Source: Candidatus Poribacteria bacterium
Lineage (GTDB): Bacteria > Poribacteria > WGA-4E > UBA9662
Assembly: GCA_046582655.1 (NCBI GenBank)
Contig: JAYGDX010000016.1
Span: 93,565-157,564, forward strand
Direction of reading: 5' to 3'
DNA: 64,000 nucleotides
Part shown: piece after piece, positions 62,981-64,000 of the stretch
How the letters are laid out: every line of letters starts with the position of its first letter
Numbering within the stretch: position 1 is the first letter of the stretch
The notes under the pieces: model-generated
The model's database searches: none
Seen by the model: only the letters and a program-made list of their open reading frames with translations
Told to the model about the DNA's origin: nothing
Made by a program: the position numbers and the translations under genes

Positions 62981-64000
62981 TTACAGGTCGAGTAACGGGG
63001 AAAGTTCATGTTCGGGAAAAACTCCACTTAGGTCGTGAGTCCCATGACGTTCCAGAATGGGAACTAGAACATTGCGATAGTTGGTTGTCACGGGTAGATC
63101 TTCCTTACCTTCCAAGACGTCATCTTTCAGACCCTTCCAATCGCTTAATACTCGGTCGTCTTTAACTCCTCCACCCATAACAAACATCACGTTACCCCTG
63201 CCATGGTTGGTTCCTAGTGAAGAGTTCATGTAGAGACGACGGCCAAACTCGGTCATTACCACAACGCTCACAGTTCCCATCCGCTTACGCCCTAGATCAT
63301 GGTAGAATGCCTGAAGCCCTTGCGAAAGCTCCGGTATAAGCTGATTCATCAGCATATCCTGTGCCCAATGTGAATCCCAACCATTCAGGTCTACCGAGGC
63401 TACATCCAACCCCACCTTGGTCTTGATGAGTTGGGCAACCTGACTTAGGCCGCGAGAGAAGGAATGGTCACCGTACTCAGCACCATTCTCAGGCTGGTAG
63501 GATTTTCGTTCGAACTTCTCGATACATCTCATCGTCCGCATCGTATCCATACCAGTGTGTTGTAGTGCTGTGTTTTTCTGCCAGCGACCATAAAGAAACT
63601 CTAGTTGTTCGATGAATTGATCCATGTTTTTACCTAAGAAGAAATCATCTAGTGATTCAAGTACTGTGACCGATGGCGCACCGCGAAGACACTCAGGTAT
63701 TGATTTACTGAAAGCCATGGCTGACAAAGGACCGGTCTTGATCCCCTGCCGAGCACGAAGAAATCGTCCCAGCCAGCCACCGGGGGTGTTTACTCCACCA
63801 TGTTCCATCAAATCCTGCACCTCGAAATGCGAGCGGGTTGAATCCTCCGAGCCCACACAGTGAATCATAGCCAGATCGCCATTGCTATAAGGCTCCGTCA
63901 AACCTGCAAGGAGTGGATGCAAACCCAACCGTTTTTCACCTTCCAATCTTACAACGGTATTCTCATTAACAGCAATCACAGGGCGTTTACGCCAGTAATC
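62981..64000 (-). CDS. DUF1501 domain protein (5' end outside window)
   Basis: Motifs GLHP, RSHF, GWLGR, GWDSH, MTEFGR and GTNHG; the frame is open to the window edge. Confidence 0.88.
   Translation of the reverse strand, partial: DYWRKRPVIAVNENTVVRLEGEKRLGLHPLLAGLTEPYSNGDLAMIHCVGSEDSTRSHFEVQDLMEHGGVNTPGGWLGRFLRARQGIKTGPLSAMAFSKSIPECLRGAPSVTVLESLDDFFLGKNMDQFIEQLEFLYGRWQKNTALQHTGMDTMRTMRCIEKFERKSYQPENGAEYGDHSFSRGLSQVAQLIKTKVGLDVASVDLNGWDSHWAQDMLMNQLIPELSQGLQAFYHDLGRKRMGTVSVVVMTEFGRRLYMNSSLGTNHGRGNVMFVMGGGVKDDRVLSDWKGLKDDVLEGKEDLPVTTNYRNVLVPILERHGTHDLSGVFPEHELSPLLDL

Overview
This is a 64 kb bacterial chromosomal window of mostly accessory catabolic genes, with a small housekeeping block at the right end (tRNA-Arg(CCG), recJ, rel, rpmB). 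Its gene content resembles Ca. Poribacteria-type genomes: a LamG protein ending in TTTWGTIK, a DUF6785-type membrane protein, and many Gfo/Idh/MocA, PhyH, TPR and amidohydrolase genes. That assignment is an inference only. The standout is a tightly coupled five-gene operon at about 4.0-9.5 kb, hidden by frameshifts: GNAT acyltransferase, MmgE/PrpD enzyme, aldehyde-deformylating-oxygenase (ADO)-like diiron protein, acyl-ACP reductase (AAR) and a BtaA/DUF3419 aminocarboxypropyl transferase. It embeds the cyanobacterial alkane pair in what looks like an undescribed lipid or small-molecule pathway in a non-cyanobacterium, and every gene of this copy carries lesions. Other notable elements are (1) a PrdB/GrdB-like selenoprotein with in-frame UGA, a UxxC motif and a SECIS-like hairpin, overlapping an orphan transmembrane-only flhA; (2) an intact but degenerate EF-Tu paralog; (3) a troRABCD-type Mn/Zn/Fe operon with a clear palindromic operator on its promoter; (4) a hydroxyproline-catabolism-like gene pair; and (5) about 15 pseudogenes or remnants indicating genome decay of accessory genes. 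I found no CRISPR array, rRNA or intact mobile element. All family calls come from motif recognition by eye, not from database searches.
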